Assembly (NCBI RefSeq): GCF_006345805.1
Contig: NC_043014.1
Coordinates: 14,384,001-14,448,000, forward strand
Source: Octopus sinensis
Lineage: Eukaryota
DNA length: 64,000 bases
Direction of reading: 5' to 3'
Within the stretch, counting starts at the first letter, position 1, and each line of letters begins with the position of its first letter. A program made the translations under genes and the position numbers. Below the pieces are notes generated by a model, which ran no database searches, was not told the origin of the DNA, and saw only the letters and a list, made by a program, of their open reading frames with translations. This document shows, piece by piece, positions 11,800 to 23,606 of the stretch.

Positions 11800-12215
11800 C
11801 ATGGGCGCAGTCGTGGATGTGTGGTAAGAAGCTTGCTTCCCTACCATATGGTTCCGGGTTCAGTCTCCACTGTGTGGTACCTTAGGCAAGTGTCTTTTTA
11901 CTATAGCATCGGGCCAACCAAAGTCTTGTGAGTGGATTTGGTAGACGGAAACTGAAAGAAGCCCGTCGTATGTATATATATTTATGTGTGTGTGTTTGTG
12001 TTCGTCACCCCATGATGGTATGTTTGTCCTCTCGATGATGGTATGGTTATGTATCCGTTACTTAGGCAAAAAGAGACCGATAAGATAAGTTCTAGGCTTA
12101 CAAAGAATAAGGCCTGGGGTCGATTTCTAAGACCTGGGGTTGATTTCTAAAACCTTTTAATACGGTGCTCCAGCATGCCCACAGTCAAATGATTGAAACT
12201 TGTAAAAGAAGAATA
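11800..12215 (+). mobile_element. SINE family 2 (diverged)
   Basis: gggcgcag..gtggtaagaagcttgcttcc head through gattgaaacttgtaaaag tail, with a 20-bp internal tandem duplication at ~12112-12151. Confidence 0.8.
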
Positions 12216-12419
12216 AAAGAAAAATGTATATATTTATTATTATTTTACTATTTAAAAACAGTTTCATTCAGCCCCATGGAACCTAATGGAGGCAGATTCC
12301 TGTAACGAACCCACGAAGCTTGAAGTTGCATGGCGCCGAATCAAACGGTTTTTTAAATAATGATAAAGCTAACTCCTACTAAATGTATTGAGCGTCTCTT
12401 TCTTTCGTTTGCCTACCCA

Positions 12420-12780
12420 TGTATGTATGTATGTATGTATGTATGTATGTATGTATGTATGTATGTATGTATGTATGTATGTATGTATGTATGTATGTAT
12501 GTATGTATGTATGTAGGGATGTATGTATGTATGTATGTATGTATGTATGTATGTATGTATGTATGTATGTATGTATGTATGTATGTAGTGGTATGTATGT
12601 ATGTATGTATGTATGTATGATGTATGTATGTATGTATGTATGTATGTAGTAGTATGTATGTAGCATGTCTGCATGTATGTATGCATGCATGTATGTATGC
12701 ATGTATGTATGTATGTATGTATGTATGTATGTATGTATGTATGTATGTATGTGTGTATGTATGTGTGCATGTATGTATGT
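12420..12780. repeat. (ATGT)n microsatellite
   Basis: Read directly. Confidence 0.95.
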
Positions 12781-12799
12781 ACACACAACTACATTCGTC

Positions 12800-12950
12800 T
12801 TGATATTAGATCACCATGTCACGCACATATGGTTGTGATGCGTGTGCCTGGTACACCCTTATCAGACGGGTAGTCATGATGAGTAGATTGGGCTTCGTAT
12901 ATTTGTACTCCAGTGTCGCATTGTTGGCATGCGTTCCTCTCTCACTCAAT
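12800..12950 (+). mobile_element. 3' fragment of family Y
   Basis: Matches 35460-35559 plus 36530-36565 and ends ctcactcaataat. Confidence 0.8.
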
Positions 12951-13135
12951 AATATATATATATATATATTATTTTATGTAGAAAAATACAAACTGGGACA
13001 GAACATAAAACATTTAGAAGACGATACAAAAACACGGACGGGACATTCGAAGCCTTCAATCTTCAGGTCAAGAACCGGATCCATCGTAGCAATTTCGGCT
13101 GATTAAATCTGAGGCTAATTAGAATTATATATATA

Positions 13136-13173
<38 letters not shown>

Positions 13174-13191
13174 ATATATATATATATATAG

Positions 13192-13231
<40 letters not shown>

Positions 13232-13361
13232 ATATATATATTATATATATATGATATGTGTGTAATATGTATATATATGTTACATTATATATATATATGT
13301 ATGTATGTATATATATATACATACATACATATGCATATATAAATATATATTATATATATAG

Positions 13362-13395
<34 letters not shown>

Positions 13396-13469
13396 CATAT
13401 ATGTATATTAAATACACACACACCACATACACACACACATACACATATATATATATACATACATACATA

Positions 13470-15554
13470 CAGAGGTTGGCACTGTTAATCGAAAAGTTAA
13501 CTTGATTAATTGTTAATCCGTTAATTCTTTGAAAATGAACGGAAATTAGCGTTAATCCGTTAACGTTTACTTTTATTGTAAAAAGGAATAACTACAATTT
13601 AGTACCCCGCCGATTTGTTGCCTCATAACTTCCAGAAAAATGGATAACTTTTAACAAAACTTTTACCAAATAATCGCTTATATACTGAGGATCGAGTGTA
13701 TGTAAAGATTTATTTGAAAAATTTTTCCGAGGGGTTGGGGAGAGGAGTTTCGGTAAATTCACAGGACTCGACATTTCCCCACTTCATAACTTTCTGGAAG
13801 ATAGGTATTTCTTAATGAAATTTTATACAAATACTTTTAAAATGGTGTAGATTACGATTACAAAGAAATTTGTAGGCTAAATTTTTGGAAGGGGTGGGAG
13901 GGGTAGGGGTGGAGGAGTTTCTGGGAAACGGAGTTTCGGGTCAGAGCACCCAGATAACTTGGAATTTCTCCATTTTGACGGGGATTTTTTCCAATGTCTT
14001 TCATCAAAGCCGTCTAAATGATGGGAGGTATCTTTTCACGAAAAAGAAAGAAAAAAATTTGAAAATGTTTTTTTTCACTACGCACTTAAAACTCATGAGA
14101 GAAACATTTTCGATTAAAAAAAAAATTGTTAATGATTTTAGAGGAAAATGTATAATTTAAGGGATATCTAGCTGTTGTTTCTAGCACATCCCAAAGCTTC
14201 CCTTCTCATTTCTTTCTCACTCACACATCTATTGATATTTTTCAATATTTTTCTCCCCACAAACAAATTTTATGGAATAATGACGCCAAAGTGTAGTCCC
14301 AACCGAGCGAGGCCGTGTTATGTGTATGTGTAAGAAAAAAAGCACCTAAAAACATTTTTGTGTTCATATTAATCTGTCTAATGTAATGCTTATTTGTTCA
14401 TGTTATCTTGAATTATTCAGGTTCAAGAGAAGTGTCCATAACATTTGTTTGTAACTTTGTAAATTTTTTACATGCAGATTTTAAATTTTGTCAGTGGGTG
14501 CTTTATATACCACTGGTTTATATTTATGTAATTTTAGCTGATTGTGTTGAGTAAATTTGACTTTTATGGGCAGGTAAATTTAATTAACAGGTGTAAAAGC
14601 TATAACATTATGGATAAACACTAAAATTGAAATTCTCAATGCCTCTTAACTGCTTGATTTTTTACTAAAATTATCCCAGATGGCAACCAATAAAAATTTT
14701 GCCACTTTTCAAGATGAGGTACGTTAATTTGAATTAATTAAAATAAAGGTATAATCGGTACAAGGTTTTATTCTTTCGGTAAATATTTCGTACCTCGGTG
14801 GGGAATAATTTTTTCCACAGTTTTTTTTTTTCGGTTTTCAAACTATCTGATCTCCAAACCCGTTGCAAGCCACTTTTTTCCGGAAACCTCGAAGATTCCC
14901 ACCAAGGGAGTTTTGTCTCGCGGGTCTTTTTTTTTTCTTTTCCAGGTTATTTAGCATGCTTTCAACGAATGTGACATCGAAATCACGCGTAAACGACTCC
15001 GTTTTCCAGTAAAGAATGATTTGGCTGCTATTTCTAGCATGCCCTGCTACCATGTAACAGCTTCACACCGAAATATTTACCAACTTTTTTCCTTCCAGCT
15101 TTATGGAAGTCAATATTTTCTCTGTTGCCATCCACCTCAGTGAGGTCACGGATCAAGTGGAAACACATAAATCACCGTTCTCTCATGACAGGACAAAGAA
15201 ATTTGTCGCTGTCTTGGCAAGCAACAAGCGGGTAGATTTGATTTCAAATCCAGGCAGGGTCAAACGAGGTACTATAAGTTATTTATAATTATAACTGACG
15301 TTATTTCGGGGTTGAAAGAATGACGCGTACAATATGAAATAAGCTAAGACAATCTGAAAACGATAAACTTTTAAACGTTTACCGGTTTTTATGAAATTTG
15401 GGTCAACGGACCTAAGTTAACGGAAACTAAATGTAACGGAAGTTAATTAGTCCAATAATGATTTTCAAAGTTCACTAAAAAGTTAAATCGTTAACGAAAA
15501 TCCTAACTTCGTTAATTAACAATCAAAGAATTAACGGACTTACTCCCAGCACTG
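13470..15554. mobile_element. ~2.1-kb non-autonomous DNA transposon-like element (possibly hAT)
   Basis: Imperfect termini CAGAGGTTGG / CAGTGCTGGG (reverse complement of the right end). Dense gttaa/ttaacg subterminal repeats at both ends, with ccgttaattctttga in inverted orientation. Embedded in (TACA)/(TA)n, so the TSD is unclear. Confidence 0.55.
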
Positions 15555-15586
<32 letters not shown>

Positions 15587-16324
15587 TACATACATACATA
15601 CATATGTACATACAAATATATACATACACATATACATACATATGTATTTATGTATGTATGAAATGTATGTATGTGTGTATGTATGAGTGTAGGTATGTAT
15701 GTATGTATGTATGTATGATGTATGTATGTATGTATGTAAGTATGCATGTATGCATGCATGCATGCATCTATGTATGTATGTATGTATGTATGTATGTATG
15801 TATGTATGTATGTATGTATGTATGTATGCTTAAAATAAAACCTTATATGTATCAAACATGTACCTTGATGTCATAAAAAACACACCAGAATTCAGCGACG
15901 CAATTTCAGGAAAAAGATGTTTTTAGTGCATTAAAACATCTAATACGGGCCTGTATTTCGTAAAAGGACTCAGTGATTTTTAAAGATATTCCTTCGAAAA
16001 AAAAATAGCATCTTATATAAATATAAAAAAAAATACGTCTTATATGTCACCAAATACAGCAATTAAAATTTAGCTAAGCACTTTATGCTTTAAGTCATGT
16101 TAAACTACAGAGCCTCTATGAACCGTATTGTTCACATATATGTTGCCATGGTATCCACATATATTTAAACACACGTTTACAACAAAGATTTTCGTCATAT
16201 CAGTTCTTTATGATCTAGTAAAAATCTTTTAAAACCTTTTATCTTGCTCATCAATAATCCTATTTTTAATCATCCAGACATTATTAACAATTTGTATTCA
16301 TTATTAACAATTATTTAGTTTCAT

Positions 16325-16510
16325 TAAGGCGGCGAGTTGCAAGAATCGTTCACACGCCAGGCAAAATGCTTATCGGCATTTCGTTCGTCTTCACGTTCTA
16401 AGTTCAAATTCCGTGGAGATTGACTTTGCGTTTCATCCTTCTGGGGTCGATAGAATAAGTGCCAGGAGAGGACTGGTGTTGATTTAATCAACTTACCGCT
16501 TCTCCCGAAA
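16325..16510 (+). mobile_element. SINE family 1 (diverged)
   Basis: aaggcggcgagttg head and core. Confidence 0.75.
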
Positions 16511-16526
16511 TTAATTATTAATAGAT

Positions 16527-16930
16527 AGGCGCAAGAGGGGCTGTGTGGTAAGTGGCTTGCTTACTAACCACATGATTCCGGGTTCAGTCCCACTGCGTGG
16601 AACCTTGGGCAAGTGTCTTCTACTATAGCCTCGGGCCGACCAAAGCCATGTGAGAGGATTTGGTAGACGGAAACAGAAAGAAGCCCGTCGTATATATGTA
16701 TATTTGTATATTTGTGTGTGTGTGTGTTTATGTTTGTCCCCCCACCAACATCGCTTGACAACCGATGCTGGTGTGTATACGTTCCCGTTACCTAGCGGTT
16801 CGGTAATAGAGACCGATAGAATAAGTACTAGGTTTACAAAGAATAAGTCCTGGTGTCGATTTGCTCGACTAAAGGCGGTGCTCCAACATGGCCGCAGTCA
16901 AATGACTGAAACAAGTAAAAGAGTAAAAGA
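16527..16930 (+). mobile_element. SINE family 2
   Basis: Full head-to-tail match. Confidence 0.85.
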
Positions 16931-16941
16931 TATTTTAAAGT

Positions 16942-17130
16942 GGAGGCGCATGGCTTAGTGGTTGGGATGTTGTACACATGATCAGAAGATTGTGGTTTCG
17001 ATTCCTGGACCGTATGATGTGTTGTGTTTTTAATCAAAAACATTTCATTTCACGTTGCTCCAGTCCACTTGGCTGGTAAAGATGAGTAACCCTGGGACGG
17101 ACCAGCGTCCCCCGTTCCGTCCAGGGCATA
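16942..17130 (+). mobile_element. SINE family 4 (tRNA head, cacgttgctccagt core)
   Basis: ggaggcgcatggcttagtggtt head. Related to 20432, 34050 and 48913. Confidence 0.7.
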
Positions 17131-17134
17131 ATGT

Positions 17135-17349
17135 ATTCCTTTACTTGTTTCAGTCATTTGACTGCGGCCATGCTGGAGCAACACCTTTAGTCGAACAGAT
17201 CGACCCCAGGACTCATTCTATGTAAGTCTAGTGCTTATTCTATCGGTCTCTTTTGCCAAACGGCTAAGTTACGGAGACGTAAATGCACCAATATCGCTTG
17301 TCAAGCGATGTTAGGGGGACAAACACAGACACACAAACATACACACACA

Positions 17350-17388
<39 letters not shown>

Positions 17389-17560
17389 GACAGTACGACA
17401 GGCTTCTTTCAGTTTCTGTCTACCAAGTCCACTCTCAAGGCTTTGGTCGGCGGAGGTTATAGTAGAAGTCACTTGTCCAAGGTGTGACGCAGTTGGACTG
17501 AACCCGGAACCATGTGGTTCGTAAGCAAGCTACTTACCACACAGCCACTCCTGTGCCTAT
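17135..17560 (-). mobile_element. SINE family 2
   Basis: Reverse-complement match. Confidence 0.85.
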
Positions 17561-17572
17561 ATATATATATTT

Positions 17573-17950
17573 CTTGCGAGCTGGTTGAATCGTTAGCACG
17601 TCGAGCGAAATGCTGTCGTTATGTTCTGAGTTCAAATTCCGCCGACGTCGATTTTGCCTTTCATCCTTTCGGGGTCGATAAATTAACTACCAGTTACGCA
17701 CTGGGGTCGATATAATCGACTTGATCAGTTTGCCTGTCCTTGTTTGTCCTCTCTGTGTTTAGCCCCTTGTGGGTAGTAAAGAAATATGTATTTCGTCTGT
17801 CGTTACGTTCTGAGTTTAAATTCCGCCGAGGTCGACTTTGCCTTTCTTCCTTTCGGGGTCAATTAAATAAGTACCAGCTACGCACTGGGGGTCGATGTAA
17901 TCGACCTAATCCCTTTGTTTGTCCCCTCTATGTTTAGCCCCCGGTGTGCA
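17573..17950 (+). mobile_element. SINE family 1 dimer
   Basis: Junction aagaaatatgtatttcgtc at ~17779-17797. Confidence 0.85.
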
Positions 17951-18653
17951 ATAAAGTAATATATATACATATATATATATTTCTTTTTTATCTTTTACTA
18001 CTTGTTTCAGTCATTAGACTGCAGCTATACTGGAGCACCACCTTGGAGACTTTTCGAATGCATCAACCCCAGTACTAATGCTTTTTTTAATTTTAAGCCT
18101 CGTGCTTACCCTATCGGTTATTTTGTCGAAGTATGGATGACAAACACTGACACAAAGACACACACACACACACACACGCGCCCCTCCCACACGAACACAC
18201 ACACATACACCACACACACACACACTTACACAGTAATGCCTTGATTTACAAGTTAATTTATTCCCGGAGATCGCTCGTAAAGCGAAAAATCGTAAAATTT
18301 CCAATAGTAGCAATGATAGAAATCGTAATTCGTTCCCAGGAAAATTATTTTACCTATAAAATTTATAACACTCGTAATCTAGAAAAGCTCTCGGAGAGCA
18401 GACCTCCGCCACGCAGCTCATTTCCACCTTTATACATGCATGATGAAAAACGCCCAATTTCCCAAACCAACACCGGCCATGTCTAATTTAATAGCACCAC
18501 CTGGAAGAGATGCACAGTTAGCTCTGGAGAACCGTAGCCCATTCAAGCAGAGAGTTATTATTTTCAGAGACATATCCAGGTGTGGGTGGTTTATCTGTTT
18601 TTTGTTGGGGTAATCATCTAGTTTATTTGCGTATAGCTTAACAAAGCTATAAC

Positions 18654-19230
18654 TTTGTGTTCGTTCGATGTGACACACGACGAAAACCTCTCCAGTCACC
18701 CTACGATGCTCCATCTCAAGTCATACATCCGGAGATAAAACACTCCAAATCCTAATTGGTGGACGACAAGACACAGTCTCCATCGATAGATTGAAACCGG
18801 CCCATATCGATACTGACAGCCCCGTTCAAGTGGCCAGCCACCAAACAGGGGCCATCCTAGACAGATCACACCAATCCTTGACAAGGAACAGTCACCAAAG
18901 AGTCGAGTAACCAGACGCATGGGCAGGACAATTAAAGCGCCTTCTCGTTTCCAATGACAGTCAACAGTTCGGCGGGAGGGAGCTATGTAGGGCAGGATTC
19001 GTGACAGACGAACTGTAGACAGGAACTTCGCTGCGGGCCAGCTAAGGAAGTTAACCAGCAGCAAAAAAGGGACTTCCGGGAGGAGAAACCAAAACAAAAA
19101 AATGTTAACAGTGAGTGTGAAACGAATCTGAATGAACTAAACAGAAATAACTGACGACTTAAGCCCTGATGTACGTAAAGTAATAAACCTTTGATAAATG
19201 TATTCTCGTCTCCACTAATTTCTTTGCACA
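18654..19230 (+). mobile_element. 3' fragment of a Gypsy-type LTR retrotransposon: integrase C-terminus, PPT and 3' LTR
   Basis: PYDAPSQVI, frameshift, then GDKTLQILIGGRQDTVSIDRLKPAH (GPY/F module). Purine tract ggcgggagggag at 18971-18982. LTR from TG at 18986 to CA at 19230. Confidence 0.8.
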
Positions 19231-19724
19231 TAGCTTAACAAAGCTATAACGGTATTGAAGGAATATAAATACCAAAAAAAAAAAAAACAGTTTGAAAACT
19301 ACTTTTAAGCAAGAAACTCAAAACAGAGACACGATTTGTAAATTCTTAATGATTTATAAACACCTAATTATCAAATTGGAAAAATTATCGGAGAAGCCAT
19401 TCCTGTTCATTTTCTCAATTATATATTATTATATATATCTATATATATATATATAGATATATATATATATATATAAGCAATAATAAATCTCTGAACGAGG
19501 TGTAGACAGTAAACGCACGACAATGTGAGGTATATTTGCCATCTCAATATGTCTAACCACTAAGGGTGGATGTTACTGTAGCTTGTAGCACCAGCTGGCT
19601 ATAGGCACACTTTCTGTGCCCTATCTGCATACATACATACATACATACATACATACATACATACATACATACATACATACATACATGCATACATACATGC
19701 ATACATACACACACACATACACAC

Positions 19725-19777
<53 letters not shown>

Positions 19778-19829
19778 CACACACACACACGCACAAACTG
19801 TTTTTTTTATTTAAGCTGCAAATACATCA

Positions 19830-19877
19830 CAAAACTGTTACTCAGTGTTTCACGTTTCCGCTCGTCGGACACTTCTG
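19830..19877 (-). ncRNA. Minimal type I hammerhead-like ribozyme with U4C core change
   Basis: Minus strand: CAGAAGTGT-CCGACGA-GCG GAAA CGT-GAAA-C ACTGA G-TA^ACAGTTTTG. Stem I pairs 8 of 9 positions, stem II has 3 bp with a GAAA tetraloop, stem III is minimal. Confidence 0.5.
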
Positions 19878-20295
19878 ATCAAGACTAGATATTAAATTGT
19901 TATGGTACATGTAATATATAATTTCAAATAATGCAATTTGACAAATAAGCATTTGAATTTGATTGGGCAACCTATTTTCAAAACATAGACGCTGCTGTAT
20001 TCGCTAACGGTTGGGTGCGTTAGGGGTGTATCATTTGAACAGTAAAATATAAATATATTATATTATATAATATCGAAAAAACCTTCAGTGAAGAAGGGAA
20101 TAATGTATGTCCAGAAGGGATCAGTGAATAATTAATAATTGCTTGTAGAGGCGTAAGTTTGTTTTAATAAATTTAAAAACTATGGATTGAAGAAGTTCCT
20201 GGGTTGAAAAATTCAATAACGAGTATATAGAACATATACACACATACATACAAACATTTAAAACTATGACTATATAAACATGCGCAAAATATACA

Positions 20296-20354
<59 letters not shown>

Positions 20355-20431
20355 ACACACACACCACACACACACACACACACATACACATACACACATA
20401 CTCGCACACGCACACACATATATACATATAG

Positions 20432-20670
20432 TGGAGGCGCGTGGCTTAGTGGTTAGGGTGTTGGACTCATGATCATAAGATAGTGGTTTCGATTCTTGAA
20501 CCAGGCAACGCGTTCAGTTCTTGAGCAAAACACTTCACTTCCCGTTAGCTGGCAAGTATGAGCAATCCTGTGACCGACCTACGTCCCGTTCCGATGGGGA
20601 ATATATATGCCATGAAACCGGAAAATCGGCCCCTCATGGGCCAGGCATGGCTCGAGAAGGGAACATTTAT
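20432..20670 (+). mobile_element. SINE family 4
   Basis: tRNA-like head with tggcttagtgg and ggtttcgattc boxes. Confidence 0.75.
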
Positions 20671-20721
20671 TTAGTATATAAACACACGCACACAGATGCA
20701 TATATATATATATGTGGAATG

Positions 20722-21051
20722 TGGAAGCACTCCGTCGGTTACGACGACGAGGGTTCCGGTTGAACTGAATCAACGGAACACCCTGCTCGTGAAATTAACG
20801 TGTAAGTGGCTGAGCACTCCACTGACACGTGTACCCTTAACGTAGTTCTCGGGGATATTCAGCGTGACACAGAGAGTGACAAGGCCGGCCCGTGAAATAC
20901 AGGTACAACAGAAACAGGAAGTAAGAGTGAGAGAAAGTTGTGTGGAAAGAGTACAGCAGGGATCACCACCATTCCCTGCCGGAGCCTCGTGGAGCTTTAG
21001 GTGTTTTCGCTCAATAAACACTCACAACGCCCGGTCTGGGAATCGAAACCT

Positions 21052-21052
<1 letters not shown>
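20722..21052 (-). mobile_element. SINE family 3 (5'-truncated)
   Basis: Reverse-complement match to 32940-33250. Confidence 0.85.
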
Positions 21053-21090
<38 letters not shown>

Positions 21091-21280
21091 CATCATACAT
21101 ACATACAAAACATACATACATACATAATGTATGTGTATGTATATATATATATTATATATATATATATCTATATATATATACAATTTTGTTCCCGAAAGAT
21201 GCTTTTTATATCTTCTGCGGATCGCTTGAATCTCACTCACTTCCTACACTCTGATCCTTGGATCTTAACTTTACATATCA

Positions 21281-21314
<34 letters not shown>

Positions 21315-21507
21315 ACGTGTGTGTGTGTGTGCGTGCGCGCGCGCGTATGTGTGTGTGTGTGTATGTGTATGTATGTATGTATGTATGTATGTATGTATGT
21401 ATTCAAGCAATCGATTGATTAGTTGGTTAGATATTTAACCGATTGACTATCAATAAAGAAGTGTTATTCAACCAGTGTGTGTGTTTATAAATATTGATCA
21501 TAATGAT

Positions 21508-21895
21508 CAAGCCGGCGAGTTGGCAGAAACGTTAGCACGCGGGCATAATTCTTAGCGGTGTTTCGTCTGCTGTTACGTTCTGAGTTCAAATTTCGCCGAG
21601 GTCCACTTTGCCTTTAATCCTTTCGGGGTCGATAAATTAAGTACCAGTTGTGCACTGGGGTCAATATAATCGACTTGATCCGTTTGTCTGTCCTTGTTTG
21701 TGTTCTCTGTGGGTAGTAAAGAAATGGGTATTTCACCCGTCGCTACGCCCTGAGTTCAAATTCCACCGAGGTCGACTTTGCGTTTCATCCTTTCGGGGTC
21801 GATAAATAATGTACCAGTTACGTACTGGGGCGATCAAATCGACCAGCCCCCTCCCCCCAAATTTCAGGCCTTGTGCCTGTAGTAGAAAGGATTAT
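21508..21895 (+). mobile_element. SINE family 1 dimer (tail A, then tail B)
   Basis: Junction gaaatgggtatttc at 21721-21734. Confidence 0.85.
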
Positions 21896-21932
21896 GGCAT
21901 TATGATCCTCAGAACACATGACAAAATATTCA

Positions 21933-22345
21933 TGGGCGCAGGAGTGGCTGTGTGGTAAGTAGCTTGCTTACCAACCACATGGTTCCGGGTTCAATCCTAC
22001 TGTGTGGCACCTTGGGCAAGTGTCTACTACTATAGCCTCGGGCCGACCAAAGCCTTGTGAGTGGATTTGGTAGACGGAAACTGAAGGAAGCCCGTCGTAT
22101 ATATGTGTATATATATGCATGTGTATGTATATGCTTATGTCTCTGTGACTGTCCCCTCAACATCGCTTGACATCCGATGCTGGTGTGTTTACGTCCCCGT
22201 AACTTAGCGGTTCGGCAAAAGAGGCCGATAGAATAAGTACTAGGCTTCCAAAGAATAAGTCATGGGGTCGATTTGCTCGACTAAAGGCGGTGCTCCAGCT
22301 TGGCCGCAGTCAAATGACTGAAACAAGTAAAAGAGTGAAAGAGTA
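21933..22345 (+). mobile_element. SINE family 2
   Basis: Full-length match. Confidence 0.85.
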
Positions 22346-22485
22346 TATATACATGCATACATGCGGGCTCACGGACACACACACATCGATGCGTGAGCGT
22401 CTTGCCCTTTAGTCTGTGTTTGTTACATCATAGGCGCTTGACAGCGAAAGAGATAAATAAAATCTGCAGCAGATTTTAAAAATGA

Positions 22486-22533
22486 GTATTGGCTTCGATC
22501 TGTATTGGCTTCGATCTGTATTGGCTTCGATCT
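22486..22533. repeat. Three exact copies of gtattggcttcgatct (16 bp)
   Basis: Read directly. Lies inside a SINE-2-like tail fragment. Confidence 0.9.
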
Positions 22534-22605
22534 GAAATCATTCAAGGCGGTACACCAACATGCCCATAGTTCAATGACTGAAAGAAGTTGAAAATAAAAA
22601 ATGAC

Positions 22606-22661
<56 letters not shown>

Positions 22662-22720
22662 GAATATGAATATTATCCATGTGCACATGCGTGTGTATAT
22701 ATGTGTGTGTGTGTGCATGT

Positions 22721-22770
<50 letters not shown>

Positions 22771-23534
22771 TGTGTGAGTGTGAATGTGTATGTGTACACG
22801 CTTTCTGTTTGTTTAATTTTTAAAACAAAACAAAACATCACCCGCTTTCAATTTATATAATAGACGGAAGAAATTTCCTATTATCATCTTGAAGATTTCG
22901 GCTGAACGAACGAAAACGCTATAATAAAGAATTATCCCAACTTCTGACTGCCTCCTTCTTAATATACAATATATGTACACCACCTTAAACTCTCTATACA
23001 TACATAACTACATACGTGATACGCACACACATATGCACAAATGCACATACGTATGTATACATACATAAATACTTATATATACACAGGACATGGTGGCTAT
23101 CTGCTCCTTGCAGAGGTTGACCTCTTACACCTATAATTACTTTTTCCTAGCGTGACATCTTGAATAAGTTTTAGAATTCTGAAAGGCCTTTGAAGAGTTG
23201 ATCACATATACCGCAGCAATGTTTCATTTCTGTATTGGATCCATCTTCTGCTTTTTTATTATGGGTATTCAAGTGCCGCTACATACATACATACATACAT
23301 AATTTGTGGATGTTTGAGAGGAGTTCAGGATGCAATTTCGTCGCAAAGGGCCAGAGCTCTTCCATTCATGTCGGTGACACCTGCACCAAGGCAATGCACC
23401 AGTTAACAATTCCATCCTGCTAACCAACTACTTGATAGAGATGGGCATAAAAACTGAATTTGGATAACAACAAGGGTGAAGTGTTACATGTTGATGTTTA
23501 AATAAATCTTAAACATTTTTACTCTTCTGCTTAC

Positions 23535-23606
23535 AGATTTGGAAAGTGTCTGTTAACTGGTAACTTTCTTTGCCTGTAATCCTCAGTTCATCGAGATCAT
23601 CGTTTA
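23535..23606 (-). CDS. Candidate 72-nt phase 1-1 internal exon (xNDDLDELRITGKESYQLTDTFQI)
   Basis: Acceptor cctttcactttattag, donor T|GTAAGC, open frame, length divisible by 3. No homology recognised. Confidence 0.3.

Noticed and set aside
12975-13115. CTGAAGA..GAA..GTC on the minus strand of family X
   Set aside because: A15.1 is missing and no convincing stems I or III form.
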